Source of the DNA: Microthyrium microscopicum
Lineage: Eukaryota
DNA length: 64,000 nucleotides
Direction of reading: 5' to 3'
Assembly (NCBI GenBank): GCA_010405405.1
Contig: MU004230.1
Coordinates: forward strand, 840,627-904,626
Below the pieces are notes generated by a model. The model saw only the letters and a program-made list of their open reading frames with translations. It was not told where the DNA came from and ran no database searches. Positions 60,511-64,000 of the stretch are shown piece by piece. The position numbers were made by a program, and so were the translations under genes. Each line of letters opens with the position of its first letter. Position 1 is the first letter of the stretch.

Positions 60511-62654
60511 ATGCTTTCCGAGCTAGAGAACATGAAGAAGAAGTTCGCCTTCAATTTGGCTCCATTGGTTTGTCTTATCTGACTCTTAAGAGTAAAACCA
60601 TTTATCTGACCTTCAAACAGCGAATACCATCCAGATCGGAAAATGATGCAATTCGCCGTGCCTTGGAAGGCGATTACTCCCCTGTCACTACGCCAGATTC
60701 TCCATTCATCGATCGTCAATTTATCAATCGCTCGGTTGAAGCAGACCTACACGCTGCCTGCAAGCTACTGGTCGAACAAACTGGCAACGCCCATCACAAC
60801 AGCCAGGAAGATGCGCTTGTCAATTTGTCCAGTCTTATTACTGCTGCGAAGCACAAGACGTCGTCCAAGAAGATTGTAGAAAAGACGGCTTCTAAACCAG
60901 ATTCAGACATGACTCTCATTCAGCGAGCTCGTTCAGTGTCCTTGAAGCGTACAAAATCAAAAGCAGAGCTGTTTGAAGATAGCCCGGAGCCTCTACCAAA
61001 ACAACACAAGGACTCTTCCGATGACACAGTCTCAGAAAAGCAAACCACGTTTCCTGTTCGCAGAGACAGTCTATCAAGCAAAAAGCATGCTCAACTCAGC
61101 CGTCAAAACACTTTCAAAATTAATGCTGTGGACACAGCTTTATTTCCACCTGTACCTGATCGGCCGCAAACTGCCCCTGGTGTAACCAACGAGGAGAGTA
61201 GCAATAGCTCCCCCATCACTGCGTCAACGGATCGTCCTACATACTCTGCTTCGACAGCCATGACTTCGCAACCGGTCACTCCCTACATGCGACCTACAAC
61301 TAGGGCAAACGATAACCCAGATGATGAAATTCACGATTGCAAAAAGAATTTTGACGAGCCTCAACGTGTTGGTGCTGAATTGGCAAGACCAAATCCCCAA
61401 GAGATGCAGCTTGAAGCTCAAGACGAATTGGTTTTCGTTCCTCCTGAGCCAAGCAGCATTGAAAAAGGATTTGGTACTGGTTTGAGTGGTTTCAAGAACT
61501 TTGTTCGTAATCGATCGAGGAGTAGATCTCGAAGCCGGGAGCCATCTGGTCTAAAACGAACCGCATCGACTCTGCAAAACTGGCCGTCAAATTTTAGTCT
61601 CCGGCGAAAACAGAGCATCGCCAGCTTCAAGGAATCTCCATTAGGCGAGACGGAGGTCGCGCATGGGAAGCAATATTCTCAGTCTGAGGTGAACCTGGAC
61701 CGCTCGCTGCCTCCGCTCCCAGGCTTGGACACATATAAAGAGGTTGAAGAGCCTAAGGTCGGAGAAGCGAAAGATACAAAGCCTCAAACTATGGTGCACA
61801 TAGTTAACATTGCCCGTCCAAAGACTGGCAACGTCGATACATCATCTCCAAAGTCGAGTTTTTCAATCGGAACTCCGGCGGCTAGTTATAGAGCCAGATC
61901 TTCCTCGCTCAAAGCCGCTCGTCAGGCTTCGATTACTGTCGCCGCTGAGGAACCACTTCCAACCCGAAAGATATCTGTTGCCGAGTCACGAGGTAGTAGC
62001 CAAGACTCGTGCTTCTCTCCATCGGGCACAGAGACCCCGGAACGCAATGGAGATGCTTTGAAGTCTGCAGCTGGGGGTCGAAACCAAAGCATCGACAGTC
62101 TGCAGCAGTTTACTATGCCACTCAAACCGCAAGCAGTCATTCCTCCACGCAAAGACTCTCTTGCTGCTCCAAAATCTAATGGCGCCTCTCGTCATTCGTC
62201 TAGACCTCCTTCTCGTGGTGCAACTAAATCACCCAATCCAGCACGTTACACCATAATCCCACCTCATCAGCGCACTCCCTCTCAACCCATTCTCACGAGC
62301 CGCTCTGCAGCTTCCAGTGTAATCAATCTGCCGGCTCGTCCGGCTACCAGAGATGCTTCTAGCACCCCACAACGTAGCCACCTTCCGAGCCTCAGTACCA
62401 TGTCCCAAGGAAGTGCCCATCCTCCACTACCAATCAACTTCAGTCGCAAGATTGAAGACGCGACTTCACGACCAACAACTTCAGCAGGCATCAAGACGCC
62501 CCAGCCACATATCTCTTCTCTTGCACAACAAAGACCATCAGACGTCACAGCTTTACCAACTTTACCATCAAAGAAGCATAGCATACGTCGTGTTTTAAGC
62601 TCACTGAGCATGCGACGGCCCAAAACATCTCATAGCATTTCTGCTCGCGGTTAG
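60511..62654 (+). CDS. Hypothetical Ser/Pro/Arg-rich disordered protein; probable intron 60568-60620
   Basis: Exon 1 MLSELENMKKKFAFNLAPL splices (GTTTGT..CTGAC..CAG) into the 725-aa ORF; short ordered motifs VEADLHAACKLL and NLDRSLPPLPGLD. Confidence 0.7.
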
Positions 62655-63317
62655 AGCCCATGGCGTCTACGCACCACATGAGCGCGGCTTTTGATCATGC
62701 ATATTAACAATCCATGCCGTTACAACTTCCTAATTTAATACTGTATATATATCTCTTAGCCTCCAGCATGCTGGAATCATTACTGTAGACTCAGTCGGGG
62801 CGCTGCCGAGCAGCTAGAAAAGTTTCCAAGGCCTTGTTAAAGGACATCTTAGAGGAGGGCAGGTTGCCTTCTGGCATAGAGAATTTTCAAAATGGAAAGT
62901 GTCCAATATCTGATGAACAGATGTCGATCCACACATACGTTGAATCCTATGTACAATCAAATCCATACCACCTCATGACTCTGATTTTGTGATTATTTGA
63001 TTATTTCACATTGGCTGGGAGCAAGTAAACAGGCCTTGATAAAGAGCATCATTGATATTCGTGATAAGTAAAGTTTGGAACAGACTCAATCTTCTATAAC
63101 CATCTCGGCGCCTGCTCTTCCCTTTTTTGTATGACTGAGGCCGAAGCGCACTCTGCAGGCCTAATTGTCGTCCTCAGGCGGGATGATCTCAAGACCTTGC
63201 CAAGCACTGTAAGCTCGGGAGTCCCTGCTCGTATAGATATATCTCCCCATAGTCTATGAGATCCAGTGACGCATATCACGCCAGTATCAGCATATCCCCA
63301 CTCTTTCCCAGCCTGCA

Positions 63318-63698
63318 TCATTGATTCCGAAAACTCTTCTTCTGATAAAACAGATCCGTCCGCGAACTTCCCAAGTTGATAATTTTGGGACATCCATCTC
63401 TATCCTTCTCCAGCCGCGTACACTCAAAGCAGTAGAACGCATCACTTATTCCTTCTCCGCCGCACACTACGCACTTGTTTTGGTAGTTTCCAAAGGAACA
63501 TTCGTCGCAGATGCGCACGAGGGTTGTGGGGCGCACGTATGAGTCGCAGACGGGGCATTTGCCGTCGCATTTGTCGCAGAGGCGGCCGATTGCAATGCCG
63601 GATTGCTTGCGGCACATTACTAGATCGCTACGAAGGGCGTTAGTATCAGACGCTGCGCGGGGAAAGAGGGAGGGAACTTACGGGTGGTGGCGGGACAT
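63318..63698 (-). CDS. RDS3: SF3b splicing factor PHF5A/Rds3/Ini1; intron ~63628-63681
   Basis: [39 protein letters not shown]...[26 protein letters not shown]. Confidence 0.97.
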
Positions 63699-64000
63699 AT
63701 TTATGATGGAGAGGATCGCAGACTAGTGGTGAGAGTGGAGATGTGTTTGCTTGATCTTGGGCGAGAACGAAGTATTCGGGTAGTTCACTATGGGGGGTCT
63801 GGTGAAGTGAGGTAAATTTTGCAGTGATATTGTTGTTGTGAAGTTGGTGGTTGAAGATGGAACTTTTTGGTGTTGAAGTCTTGGGGTCTTGAAGATAGAA
63901 ATTATAGCGCTAGTTCAACGTGCACGTGCCAAGGCTCCAGGTCGCCCCAAATCTTCAATTTGATAATCTCGATTCTCGATGATCATCTATTTCCAATTCA

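Overview
Eukaryotic genomic DNA from a filamentous ascomycete (Pezizomycotina; short GT-AG introns with CTRAC branch points, so most ORF-track entries are exon fragments or shadows). About 26 protein genes can be assembled by eye. Housekeeping genes: RPL8/eL8, ETP1/BRAP2, DFR1, VPH1, SAS4, YPT35-like, SPO73/Mug65-like, TAM41, BIR1, RDS3. Secreted proteins: an AA9 LPMO, an alpha/beta hydrolase, a GPI-anchored protein and one unknown. Also two MFS transporters and several orphans. Highlights: (1) a compact oxidative phosphonate (C-P bond) catabolism cluster at ~35.9-40.4 kb: PhnZ-like HD diiron oxygenase, PhnY*-like Fe/2OG dioxygenase and a divergently transcribed GIT1-like permease, with PHO-type boxes in the shared promoter and a 34-bp pre-miRNA-like hairpin in the permease's long intron; (2) an unexplained Pol III-type structured ncRNA locus at ~10.1-10.4 kb (TATA, A-box, 48-bp UUCG-capped hairpin, T6 terminator); (3) a structured first intron in RPL8; (4) a 3-kb patch of serial tandem duplications with a decayed repeat-protein gene (54-57 kb), and several decayed F-box-like relics. 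All calls come from motif recognition by eye, with no database search; splice coordinates may be off by a few bases.
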